From the IMG/VR virus record IMGVR_UViG_3300010938_000951, positions 186,001-250,000 of that record: 64,000 nucleotides of DNA. One strand, given 5' to 3'. Numbering within the stretch: the first letter of the stretch is position 1; every line of letters starts with the position of its first letter. This document shows positions 9,017 to 17,219 of this stretch, one piece after another. Under the pieces are notes generated by a model. The model saw nothing but the letters and a program-made list of their open reading frames with translations, searched no databases and had not been told where the DNA came from. Position numbers and translations under genes: made by a program.

Positions 9017-10327
9017 ATGACAACTAAAGAAGAACACTTGACTCCGGAAGTTTCGGAGGAACAGGAACATCTTTCTCTAGAAAGATTAATTCGACTCAGC
9101 CCGACTCATAGGGTTGGGCCATCAGGTAATGATCAAAGGCCGCCAGCTAATTTTATTGATCTAATGAATTGGACAGTAAAAAATTTTGGTGGTGCCCTTA
9201 AAGATACGGCCAACTTAGAAAAGTTTGTGCATAATCGCATTATTATTGATGGGCAATTTCTTCAGTTTGCCAAAGAGCATAATGTAACTATAGAGTGTTT
9301 GTACAAAGACTCGTCTATCTCGTGGACTACTGAACATGATTTTGAAAAATTCTTTGTACAAGGAGTTTTTTATATCAAGGCCAAAGGTTTAGAGTTTTTG
9401 CACGCCGCTTTGTTTCACAAGGGGAATCAACAAGAAGATGAGGTAAGCTTTTTTATTGTTGTTTCTCAAAAGAACTATGAGTCGTATATCAAATTCCGAA
9501 ATCAATTTGATGATTGGGTTCAGGAACGAGATCGTAGTAATTTACATATTCGTGTAATAGAGGGCGAAGATATTCCTTATACCAAAGATCATTCTTGGGA
9601 GGAATTGTTTTTACCAGAACCAATTAAGAATGAAATTAGGGGGTTAGTTGAAAATTTCTTAGCCTCAAAAGATTTCTATCTAGAAAATAGAATTCCTTGG
9701 AAGCGAGGTATTCTGTTATATGGTAAACCTGGTAACGGAAAAACCTCTATTATTCGTACTATCATCTCTAATTATAATTTTAAACCTGTAACTATTGTTG
9801 CCGGCGCTAATGATGAGGCAGTACGAGAGGCATTTTCTTATGCGGAAGAGCAAAGTCCTTCGTTGCTTTATTTTGAAGACTTAGATTCACTACTTGAAAA
9901 AAGTGTTGATATTTCCTCCTTCCTTAATCTAATGGATGGTATTTCAGCCAAGAATGGCTTATTAGTCATTGCTACGGCTAATGAAGTTAAAAAATTGAAG
10001 ACCAATATCACTGATAGACCTTCAAGATTTGATAGAAAATTCGAAATACCACTTCCAAATGCAGAAATGGCTTATATATATCTTAAAAGATGGTTTGGCA
10101 ATCTCATTACAGCAAAGAAATGTAAGGAACTTGCCAAATATGCTGCTAAGTACGAGTTTTCTTATGCTTACTTAAAAGAATTGTATATCTCTTCTATGTT
10201 TGAAGCTCTTGCACATAATCGCAAAAGCCCAACTGAAAAAGATATTCAAAATGCTCTTAACCGACTAGTTAAAGATAAAAATCTATTGAATGGCGGTTCT
10301 GTTAATATCGATAAGTATTTTAAGTGA
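9017..10327 (+). CDS. AAA+ ATPase (FtsH/BCS1-like AAA domain, soluble)
   Basis: GILLYGKPGNGKT, YFEDLD, ATAN and the SRH RPSRFD. Confidence 0.9.
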   Translation: MTTKEEHLTPEVSEEQEHLSLERLIRLSPTHRVGPSGNDQRPPANFIDLMNWTVKNFGGALKDTANLEKFVHNRIIIDGQFLQFAKEHNVTIECLYKDSSISWTTEHDFEKFFVQGVFYIKAKGLEFLHAALFHKGNQQEDEVSFFIVVSQKNYESYIKFRNQFDDWVQERDRSNLHIRVIEGEDIPYTKDHSWEELFLPEPIKNEIRGLVENFLASKDFYLENRIPWKRGILLYGKPGNGKTSIIRTIISNYNFKPVTIVAGANDEAVREAFSYAEEQSPSLLYFEDLDSLLEKSVDISSFLNLMDGISAKNGLLVIATANEVKKLKTNITDRPSRFDRKFEIPLPNAEMAYIYLKRWFGNLITAKKCKELAKYAAKYEFSYAYLKELYISSMFEALAHNRKSPTEKDIQNALNRLVKDKNLLNGGSVNIDKYFK

Positions 10328-10351
10328 TAAGGTTAAAACGGGTTTTTGAAA

Positions 10352-10726
10352 ATGAAAGACCATAATAGAAAAAACAAGAGGAATACCAAAAAGGCATCGA
10401 GAGGAGGTGAATCGCAGCCAGTCGCCGTCAACGACAAATTCGCACACATTGAACCAGTGCAAGCCCAACCCCTCGAAGTCAAAGTGTATGGGAACAATTT
10501 CGACAAAGCCTTAAGGGCTTTTCGAGCCCTCGTTCAAAAAGAACGTGTTCTCTCGTCATATAAAGAAAAGCAATCGTACGAGAAGCCATCTGACAAACGT
10601 AGGAGAAAGCGCAACGAATCCAAAAGGAAACAACTTGAACTTTGTAGCAAGGGAGACTGTAGACATACAGATCATGCTAAAAACCGTAAGGAAAGAAAGT
10701 TCAAGAGAGGCTCTTCTCCAGAATAA
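10352..10726 (+). CDS. rpsU: ribosomal protein bS21 with N- and C-terminal extensions
   Basis: VKVYGNNFDKALRAFRALVQKERVL..YKEKQSYEKPSDKRRRKR core; ATG 10352 or TTG 10346. Confidence 0.85.
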   Translation: MKDHNRKNKRNTKKASRGGESQPVAVNDKFAHIEPVQAQPLEVKVYGNNFDKALRAFRALVQKERVLSSYKEKQSYEKPSDKRRRKRNESKRKQLELCSKGDCRHTDHAKNRKERKFKRGSSPE

Positions 10727-10738
10727 TCTGGAAACAAC

Positions 10739-11461
10739 ATGTCTGATACTGAAGGTAAAGTTAAACTAATCAAAAATCCTGAGCGAAACAAGCCTGCGGC
10801 ATATAAACCATATGTGCCACAGTATCAGGTACATGGTAAAGAACCTCAAGAATATCATGGTGGTGCAGTGGCGCCTGGTCATCAATTGGCTAGGCCCACT
10901 TCGCTACCAAATGATAATCCAAGAGCCAGAAGAGCGCCGGTGCGTCAACCATATGCCGAAGCGGTTCCTTCACCCATTGGAAGAGGCCGAGGCCCGGTTC
11001 CCAATGTTGGGAATAATATGGAACATACTTGGTCTGGTGTAGATGGAGAAATTGTTGATGATTTATCTAATCCAGAATTTGATAATCAACAACAAATGAT
11101 TGATAATAATGATTTTGTGACCGAAGCGGCGCTAGGGTTCCAAAGTGGCCCAACCGCCGCTGATATTGCTCCAAATTATCAGGTTTTTCCGCCCTCAGCC
11201 ATTGAGCAGGAAATTGAAGCTATTCATCGGCCAGCCGATCCTAATGATTTATTGCCGGTTTTAGCAGAATTAGATGATGAATCTTATTTGTTAATTGTTG
11301 CTGGCGTTCCCGTTTGTTCGGGGCCTAAAGAGGAGATTGAGGATCAAGCAAGGGCTTTGGTATTTGGGGAGCATGAGTTAAGTGATGGAAATCCTGTTCC
11401 AGTTGATGATATAATTATTCTTAAGAGAGTCAAGGTAAAAGTTGGTTTATTCTTAGAATAA
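10739..11461 (+). CDS. hypothetical Pro-rich protein
   Basis: 240-aa ORF with a disordered N-terminus and a small folded C-terminal domain. Confidence 0.7.
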   Translation: MSDTEGKVKLIKNPERNKPAAYKPYVPQYQVHGKEPQEYHGGAVAPGHQLARPTSLPNDNPRARRAPVRQPYAEAVPSPIGRGRGPVPNVGNNMEHTWSGVDGEIVDDLSNPEFDNQQQMIDNNDFVTEAALGFQSGPTAADIAPNYQVFPPSAIEQEIEAIHRPADPNDLLPVLAELDDESYLLIVAGVPVCSGPKEEIEDQARALVFGEHELSDGNPVPVDDIIILKRVKVKVGLFLE

Positions 11462-11468
11462 GGGTATC

Positions 11469-12302
11469 ATGGGACAAGAACCAAGAAAAGCTACTGATGT
11501 ATTACTAGATGTAGAATCAAAAGTAAGTATGTTATTAGATATCATACGTGCTCAAGATTTAAATATTAAAGTATTATCTAACAAATTAAATGAGGTAATT
11601 GGGCGCTTAGATAAACAGCAAGCGGGTCCGCCTAAGATTGTTGTTGAGGCCGTCCAAACTACACCGACCCCACCATCAATGGTGCCTCCTGGATTTACAC
11701 AGCTTCCGGCGGGTGATCCAGAAAAAACTATTCCAGTAGTTGCTGAATCTAAGCTACCACAATCAGAAGTACCAAATGGTTTCCGTCGTAGTTCACGACC
11801 AGAAACTTATGCGGGCGATAACGCTTATTTGCCACATCCTGATCAAGAGTTGAAAATGCCGGTTCAACTTCCGAAAGGAATGAATCGGCAGCAGGCAATG
11901 CAGCCACCTCCGGGACGTTCTGAGGTAACTGTACCACCAGCTATCACTACAAATAAAAATGTAAAATCGCAACCACTACCTCCGCCACAATTAGAAGAAA
12001 GTGAACCTCAACCGCCACCCGCAGTTGGTCAAATTCCAGTCATGCAACGCTGTGTTGATAAGAATGGTAAGTCTATTTTCTTAGCTCCAGTAGAAATTGT
12101 GGATGCAATGAGCGGTCAGCCGGTTTTTAAAACAAGAACAAATGGAACTGGAAAATGGATGGCTTCCCTTGGTATAGGAAGATATCGAGTAACGATCACT
12201 AAGCAAGCTACTTTGAATAAAGAAAAGCTTGAAGCGGTACAAGATATTCAAGTGGATGGCACCCAATCACCACTCGAATTACCGATGATCATCATCAAGT
12301 AA
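11469..12302 (+). CDS. hypothetical protein: N-terminal coiled coil, Pro-rich linker, C-terminal beta-sandwich (carboxypeptidase-regulatory-like)
   Basis: VEIVD...KTRTNGTGKW....GRYRVTITK pattern. Confidence 0.7.
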   Translation: MGQEPRKATDVLLDVESKVSMLLDIIRAQDLNIKVLSNKLNEVIGRLDKQQAGPPKIVVEAVQTTPTPPSMVPPGFTQLPAGDPEKTIPVVAESKLPQSEVPNGFRRSSRPETYAGDNAYLPHPDQELKMPVQLPKGMNRQQAMQPPPGRSEVTVPPAITTNKNVKSQPLPPPQLEESEPQPPPAVGQIPVMQRCVDKNGKSIFLAPVEIVDAMSGQPVFKTRTNGTGKWMASLGIGRYRVTITKQATLNKEKLEAVQDIQVDGTQSPLELPMIIIK

Positions 12303-12314
12303 TTGCGAGGCCCT

Positions 12315-13013
12315 ATGGGTAAAAAATATTCTGTTATTGTAGCTGACCCTCCGTGGTCATTTAAAGATTCTCTAAAAATGTCTGATGTCAAGCGAGGCGC
12401 CCAGGCTAACTATGACACCATGACAATGCAACAAATTCGTGAGATGCCGGTCGAAAGGGTTTGCAATCCCGATGGGGCGGTCTTATGTTTATGGGTGCCA
12501 GGCTCTTTATTACAAGATGGTCTGGACACGATGAAAGCGTGGGGCTTTGAACATAAACAGACTTATGTATGGGTTAAAATTAAGAAACACAAATTCACAC
12601 GTTTCATTAAATGGATTAAGAAAAGCGTATTAAGACACCAGCAAATTGCTTATGATAAATTTGCTTACACTAGAGCGATAAACGCAATTATAAATAACCT
12701 ACCAAATATTGATTGGTCAGAAGAATTGGCATTTGGAATGGGTCGTTTGTTTAGACAAACACACGAGATTTGCTTAATTGGTACACGTGGAAAAATTCTT
12801 AATCAATTGGCTAACAAGTCACAGCGCTCTGTTAGTTTTGCTGAAAATTTGAGACATTCGGCTAAGCCGGATGCTCTCCAAGAATCATTGGAAACAATGT
12901 TTCCAATAGCTCGTAAACTAGAATTGTTCGCCAGGAGACTCCGACCCGGTTGGACTTGTCTAGGTAACGAGATTGATGGTAAAGACATATACGATGCTCT
13001 TGCCGAACTATAA
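12315..13013 (+). CDS. MT-A70 family adenine methyltransferase
   Basis: IVADPPWS, LCLWV, WGF...YVWVK, R..HEICLIGTRG, HSAKP and LELFAR; SD GAGG before ATG 12315. Confidence 0.92.
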   Translation: MGKKYSVIVADPPWSFKDSLKMSDVKRGAQANYDTMTMQQIREMPVERVCNPDGAVLCLWVPGSLLQDGLDTMKAWGFEHKQTYVWVKIKKHKFTRFIKWIKKSVLRHQQIAYDKFAYTRAINAIINNLPNIDWSEELAFGMGRLFRQTHEICLIGTRGKILNQLANKSQRSVSFAENLRHSAKPDALQESLETMFPIARKLELFARRLRPGWTCLGNEIDGKDIYDALAEL

Positions 13014-13028
13014 ACGGAGAATAGAACA

Positions 13029-13538
13029 ATGCCAAAGAAGACGCTATTACTAAACGCAAGTTATGAGGTGCTTTCGTTTATTCCAGAGAGGAAAGTTTTC
13101 AAGTTACTTTTCAAAGACAAAGTAGAAGTTGTTTCTAATTGGGACGAATTTATTGTCTGGGGTAACGGAAAAATTCAGCACCCTTCTATCTTGAGATTGA
13201 AGACTCACGTTAAAAGAAATTACTTCAACTCAAATTTTAGTCGTAAGGCTTTAGTTAAAAGAGATAGAAGTACCTGTCAGTATTGTGGTAAAAAGCTAAC
13301 CGCTTCTCAAATTACAATAGACCACGTGTTACCAAGGGCCCAAGGCGGAATTACTTCTTTCTTGAACTGTGTGGTTTCATGTCAAATTTGTAATAATTCC
13401 AAAGCTGACAAAACGCCTGAACAAGCAGGTATGAAGCTGCTTAAAAAGCCAACCCATCCGTCTTTTTCTGCTCATTATTATGTTGCAGATCCACAAGAAT
13501 ATTGGCATAAAGATTGGGATGACTTTTTACGAGGATAA
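13029..13538 (+). CDS. HNH endonuclease (McrA/HNH_5-like)
   Basis: LLLNASY, RD..CQYCG, TIDHVLPRAQGG and SCQICNNSK. Confidence 0.92.
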   Translation: MPKKTLLLNASYEVLSFIPERKVFKLLFKDKVEVVSNWDEFIVWGNGKIQHPSILRLKTHVKRNYFNSNFSRKALVKRDRSTCQYCGKKLTASQITIDHVLPRAQGGITSFLNCVVSCQICNNSKADKTPEQAGMKLLKKPTHPSFSAHYYVADPQEYWHKDWDDFLRG

Positions 13539-13552
13539 AACCTAGGTTGTCG

Positions 13553-13586
13553 GGAATGGGGATAATCAAAATATTATCCCCATTCC
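13553..13586. repeat. perfect 14-bp inverted repeat GGAATGGGGATAAT-caaaat-ATTATCCCCATTCC
   Basis: Read directly; extendable with TTGTC/GGCAA outer pairs; no U-tract on the + strand. Confidence 0.85.
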
Positions 13587-13623
13587 TTGGGCAATAATAT
13601 GGAATACCTATATACTTTCCCGT

Positions 13624-13630
13624 GATATAT
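13624..13630 (+). promoter_or_regulatory. motif A (T)GATATAT, extended -10-like
   Basis: 10 nt before ATG 13641, inside a CCTATATA/TATATAGG hairpin. Confidence 0.5.
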
Positions 13631-13640
13631 AGGAAGCACC

Positions 13641-13895
13641 ATGACCCAGGTAACATCTTGCAACTGCATTGTTTGTGCAAAAGAGTTCGATCCAGAAGAA
13701 CTTCAGAGCGTTGCTTTATCTAAAATCAATGTAACACGTTTTAAGATTTGCCAGTCATGCCTAGATCATTGTGATCCGGCCGAAGATTATCGTCAAGCTC
13801 GTGAAATTATTAGTTCATATTTGTGGTTTGCTGAGGCTAAGGGCTTGTTTAAAGAAGCCTCTGATCTCTTAGAAGATATTTCTAAGAAAAAATAA
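13641..13895 (+). CDS. small zinc-finger protein
   Basis: CIVC and CQSC pairs; SD AGGA. Confidence 0.7.
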   Translation: MTQVTSCNCIVCAKEFDPEELQSVALSKINVTRFKICQSCLDHCDPAEDYRQAREIISSYLWFAEAKGLFKEASDLLEDISKKK

Positions 13896-13897
13896 TA

Positions 13898-14050
13898 TTA
13901 TAATTCGATGATGATAACTCGTGGAGTTTCTTCATCACTTTTTTCTTGATATTGTGGTGGAGGCGGCTCTAACTCAACATAGAGCGGTTGTAACTCATCT
14001 TCTTTCTTCTTTTTTTCGATTTTGTGAATAAAAGGAAAGAACGTGTCCAT
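13898..14050 (-). CDS. 50-aa small protein not in the ORF track (MDTFFPFIHKIEKKKKEDELQPLYVELEPPPPQYQEKSDEETPRVIIIEL)
   Basis: Perfect GGAGG SD 4 nt before the ATG, motif B upstream, and it fills an otherwise empty gap. Confidence 0.8.
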   Translation of the reverse strand: MDTFFPFIHKIEKKKKEDELQPLYVELEPPPPQYQEKSDEETPRVIIIEL

Positions 14051-14070
14051 ATGGCCTCCGGTCTGTGTAT

Positions 14071-14084
14071 ATGTTGGAATATTG
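14071..14084 (-). promoter_or_regulatory. motif B candidate promoter CAATATT-CCAA-CAT
   Basis: Minus strand, 11 nt upstream of the GGAGG SD of the 50-aa ORF. Confidence 0.55.
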
Positions 14085-14086
14085 GT

Positions 14087-14287
14087 ATGATGTGCTCATC
14101 CTGTTCCAAGTTAGCTCTATTATTTATTAATAGCAAGCAATGCATGCGTTGTCAAGGGTCAGTCGTTATTAATATGGCTGTAATTTGTGAAGTTTGTTCT
14201 GCAAATGATAAAATTTGTACTGTTTGTTTGAAAAAATTAACTCCTTTGCAGCCTAAGCCGGGCGGTTGCAACTGTGGTAAAAAGTGA
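14087..14287 (+). CDS. small Cys-rich double zinc-ribbon protein
   Basis: CSSC, CMRC, CEVC and CTVC. Start moved from 14024 to ATG 14087 to avoid overlapping the divergent gene. Confidence 0.7.
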   Translation: MMCSSCSKLALLFINSKQCMRCQGSVVINMAVICEVCSANDKICTVCLKKLTPLQPKPGGCNCGKK

Positions 14288-14300
14288 TTACCCTTAGAAA

Positions 14301-14307
14301 GATATAT
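14301..14307 (+). promoter_or_regulatory. motif A GATATAT
   Basis: Exactly 8 nt before def ATG 14316. Confidence 0.5.
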
Positions 14308-14315
14308 AGGTAAGT

Positions 14316-14843
14316 ATGATAATCACAAATAATGAAGCAGCGCTCCGTGTGTTTTGCGAGCCTGTCACTATGGATGAAGTTGGCTCACTTATAGATACAC
14401 TAGAAAAAGAGCTAGAGTACGCTAATCGTTTGGGAAAAAACGGAATTGGATTAGCGGCACCACAAATAGGTATCGCAAAAGATATTGCTATTGTTAGGTT
14501 GCCAAAAATGAACTTTAATTTAGTTAATGCTAAATTAGTTCAAGGATATGATCCTGCTGTGTTTACAGACGAAGGTTGTTTGTCTTTCCCTGGTCGTCTA
14601 GAAAATACCACTAGATTTCAAGAGGTTCATATAACTAATAATTTGGTTGAACCGTATAGTTTTATTGCGACAGGTTTTGTGGCAGTTGTATGTCAACACG
14701 AATTGGATCATTTAAACTCTACACTATTTATGGATCGTAGTATCCCAAAACAGACACCAGTAGTTAGAAAAGCAAAAATCGGACCAAATGAGCCATGTGT
14801 TTGCGGATCTGGCAAAAAATATAAAAAGTGTTGTGGTCGATGA
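14316..14843 (+). CDS. def: peptide deformylase with C-terminal SEC-C motif
   Basis: [17 protein letters not shown] and QHELDH; ends [21 protein letters not shown]. Confidence 0.95.
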   Translation: MIITNNEAALRVFCEPVTMDEVGSLIDTLEKELEYANRLGKNGIGLAAPQIGIAKDIAIVRLPKMNFNLVNAKLVQGYDPAVFTDEGCLSFPGRLENTTRFQEVHITNNLVEPYSFIATGFVAVVCQHELDHLNSTLFMDRSIPKQTPVVRKAKIGPNEPCVCGSGKKYKKCCGR

Positions 14844-15025
14844 AATGTCCAAAATGTAAGAGTTCCCGAACGCGCAAAGTATGGGTACATGAATCTAATT
14901 GGCATGTTGGGCACCAAATATGTCAGGATTGTGGCCATCAGGATGATTGGCTTTTATTTTGTGACCCGCCAATAATTATTAAATCTGAACCTTATATTAT
15001 AGATCCGGGAGATTCAAATGAGTGA
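14840..15025 (+). CDS. small zinc-ribbon protein
   Basis: ATGA coupling with def; CPKC and CQDC. Confidence 0.6.
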   Translation: MKCPKCKSSRTRKVWVHESNWHVGHQICQDCGHQDDWLLFCDPPIIIKSEPYIIDPGDSNE

Positions 15026-15269
15026 TAAAAAAGAATTAAATACTGATATTTTAATAGCAGACATAATGCTACGCCTAACTGCTTTAGAAAAGCTTTTAAT
15101 TGAAAAGGGGCTATTAACACAAGCAGAATTAGCCACTACAACTGATGAGTTAGCTAAAAGAGTAGCTAAAGTTGTTTTAGAAAAGGTACAAGCATCAAAA
15201 CAAGTAGAAGAATTTGTTGCTGATTTAGAAAAATCAACAGGTACAGATAAAAAGGGCCTTGATAATTAA
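15018..15269 (+). CDS. hypothetical helical protein
   Basis: SD GGAG; tiles with neighbours. Confidence 0.65.
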   Translation: MSDKKELNTDILIADIMLRLTALEKLLIEKGLLTQAELATTTDELAKRVAKVVLEKVQASKQVEEFVADLEKSTGTDKKGLDN

Positions 15270-15568
15270 TGCAGTTCATTACTCAAGAAGATGAAATACA
15301 AATTAATTTACCATTACAAGCTTTGTATTTTTATGCATCTTGGATGCCGTACCATAGTAAATTTCTTACTATGATATCAAAAACAGAAGAAAAACACAAA
15401 AACATATCCTTTTTTGCTATTGATGTAGATGCTTTCCCTAATCAATGTAAGAGATTTTCTATTGATTCTATTCCTGAAGTAATAGTTTTAAAGGAAGGTA
15501 AAGAAATAAAGAGGATTAGCGGGCTTACTCTTACTAGTGCTTTTAGAAGCGCTTTTGCTGATATATAA
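15269..15568 (+). CDS. thioredoxin-fold protein lacking CxxC
   Basis: FYASWMPYH in place of FWAxWCxxC; IDVD; F.I.SIP....K.GK.I.R..G. Confidence 0.8.
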   Translation: MQFITQEDEIQINLPLQALYFYASWMPYHSKFLTMISKTEEKHKNISFFAIDVDAFPNQCKRFSIDSIPEVIVLKEGKEIKRISGLTLTSAFRSAFADI

Positions 15569-15593
15569 ATCTTGAAACCGAATGGAGCAAGTT

Positions 15594-15989
15594 ATGCCAA
15601 AAAAATCAAGCAAAAAGACCAAAGTAACTAAACCTGCAAAAAAGACAGTAAAGAAGACTAAGAAGGTAGAGCAAGTAACTACTCCTCCAGCAGTTGTTGC
15701 TCCGGTGCCCCTTCCTCCACCACCCCCTGTTAAAACAGAGGCCGAAAAAATTTGGGATGAGATTAAAGATCGTCCAATCGAAATGTTCGGTCTGCCAGAT
15801 CAATATGTATTCCAACATACAACTTTTGTAACTGTGGAGCCAAGTGCATTATATGTAACGATTCGATCAAGTGCCACTCTTCCATCTTTAGAAGCAGCAA
15901 TTGCTCCTCATTTTACCGTTGAGCTGGCTGATAAGTTTGTAGTTATTAGGCGCGTCCCAAAACCACTAATCCCATCTAAAAAGAGATAA
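15594..15989 (+). CDS. hypothetical protein with basic N-terminus
   Basis: GGAG SD before ATG 15594; motif A at 15560-15566. Confidence 0.7.
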   Translation: MPKKSSKKTKVTKPAKKTVKKTKKVEQVTTPPAVVAPVPLPPPPPVKTEAEKIWDEIKDRPIEMFGLPDQYVFQHTTFVTVEPSALYVTIRSSATLPSLEAAIAPHFTVELADKFVVIRRVPKPLIPSKKR

Positions 15990-15992
15990 TGT

Positions 15993-16523
15993 ATGACAAA
16001 TAGAAATGGACAGCCGCCACCACCAGGACAAAATACTTTACAGGGCCCAGACGAATATACGCCTAAAATTGGCGTGAAAGGTCAGGGACAATCTATGTTT
16101 GATAGTAGAAGGAAAAAACCTACTCAGCAAGAATTTCAACAACAAGTGCAGCAAACACAAGAAACTTTGTCTGGATATAAAAAACGTGCGGCTGATTTGT
16201 TTTTACAATTTCAAAAAGCAATGGCAGATAAAACTCTGCCGCAAAATCGTAATATATTCAATATAGAATCTGAAAAAGAACTTCTACAAAATATGATTGT
16301 TTTGGCGGCCGAGATTAACAGCGATCCTAATGAAAGAGAAAGTGAAGGATCGTTAACTTGGATTGTTTTGTTATTAAAGACTTGTTTTGCGCAGCGAGAT
16401 AGGTTAAATGAGCTAGAGTATACGCTGGCTCAACTTCAAAAGAAGATAGATCCAACTGCTATGGCCGACTTCATTAATAAAGAAATTATTAAGGCGCTTG
16501 ACAGTAAAAAAGGTAATGAATAA
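15993..16523 (+). CDS. hypothetical helical/coiled-coil protein
   Basis: 176-aa ORF tiling with neighbours. Confidence 0.7.
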   Translation: MTNRNGQPPPPGQNTLQGPDEYTPKIGVKGQGQSMFDSRRKKPTQQEFQQQVQQTQETLSGYKKRAADLFLQFQKAMADKTLPQNRNIFNIESEKELLQNMIVLAAEINSDPNERESEGSLTWIVLLLKTCFAQRDRLNELEYTLAQLQKKIDPTAMADFINKEIIKALDSKKGNE

Positions 16524-16710
16524 GTTGATTATGACACCCAAAGAGCTACTTTTATCTTTAATTTCCGAAGAAAAAGAGCGCTTCGGCCAATATTCACAAT
16601 TATGCGCACTATATCAAATACCTCCCGATCCAATAGCGATAGCAAGACACCAGGGGAAACTGGAAGTGTTGCAGCGGCTTTTGCAGGAAAAGATTATTAT
16701 CAAGAGCTAA
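16516..16710 (+). CDS. small hypothetical protein
   Basis: ATG overlapping the previous stop; amphipathic helical 64 aa; overlaps the next ORF by 109 nt. Confidence 0.5.
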   Translation: MNKLIMTPKELLLSLISEEKERFGQYSQLCALYQIPPDPIAIARHQGKLEVLQRLLQEKIIIKS

Positions 16711-17219
16711 TTGGTAAAGCCAATACGGTACCTATTATTAAGTTATTCCGTCATTATGGCGTGCGTTTAGATGCGTATAATAAGAAAACGACTTGCCCAT
16801 TTAAATCTCATGCAGGAGGGCGTGAGCGTTCACCTTCTTTTTGGTACTATCCGGATACCAATACATTCCATTGTTTTGGTTGTCACAAGGGGCCTTCTTG
16901 TTGTGATTTTGTAGCTGAAATGGAACAGTGTACAAAAGTACAAGCAGCACAGAAAATACTACAACTGTATGAATCAGATGTAGATGAGGATAATGTGTAT
17001 AACGCTCAAGATTTTGAGGCGCGCCTCAAAATAATGATGGATTTTTCTGACACCGTGCGTGATTTTTATCAGACTTATTCGACCGAAGAATCCAGGGTAT
17101 ATGTTGAGCAAGCGTGCAAAAAATTCGACACGCTGAACCATAAAAAGAAGCTTAATAATGAAGCGCTGAGTCGCATTGTTGAGCAACTTAAAGAATACAT
17201 AAACCTATATAAACCATGA
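16602..17219 (+). CDS. CHC2 zinc-finger protein (DnaG zinc-binding-domain-like)
   Basis: CPFKSH...ERSPSF...FHCFGC...DFV; true start uncertain. Confidence 0.85.
   Translation: MRTISNTSRSNSDSKTPGETGSVAAAFAGKDYYQELIGKANTVPIIKLFRHYGVRLDAYNKKTTCPFKSHAGGRERSPSFWYYPDTNTFHCFGCHKGPSCCDFVAEMEQCTKVQAAQKILQLYESDVDEDNVYNAQDFEARLKIMMDFSDTVRDFYQTYSTEESRVYVEQACKKFDTLNHKKKLNNEALSRIVEQLKEYINLYKP

Noticed and set aside
16602-16710. Programmed -1 frameshift joining the 16516 ORF to the CHC2 domain
   Set aside because: The frames would fit, but I found no canonical X XXY YYZ slippery site or downstream structure in the overlap.
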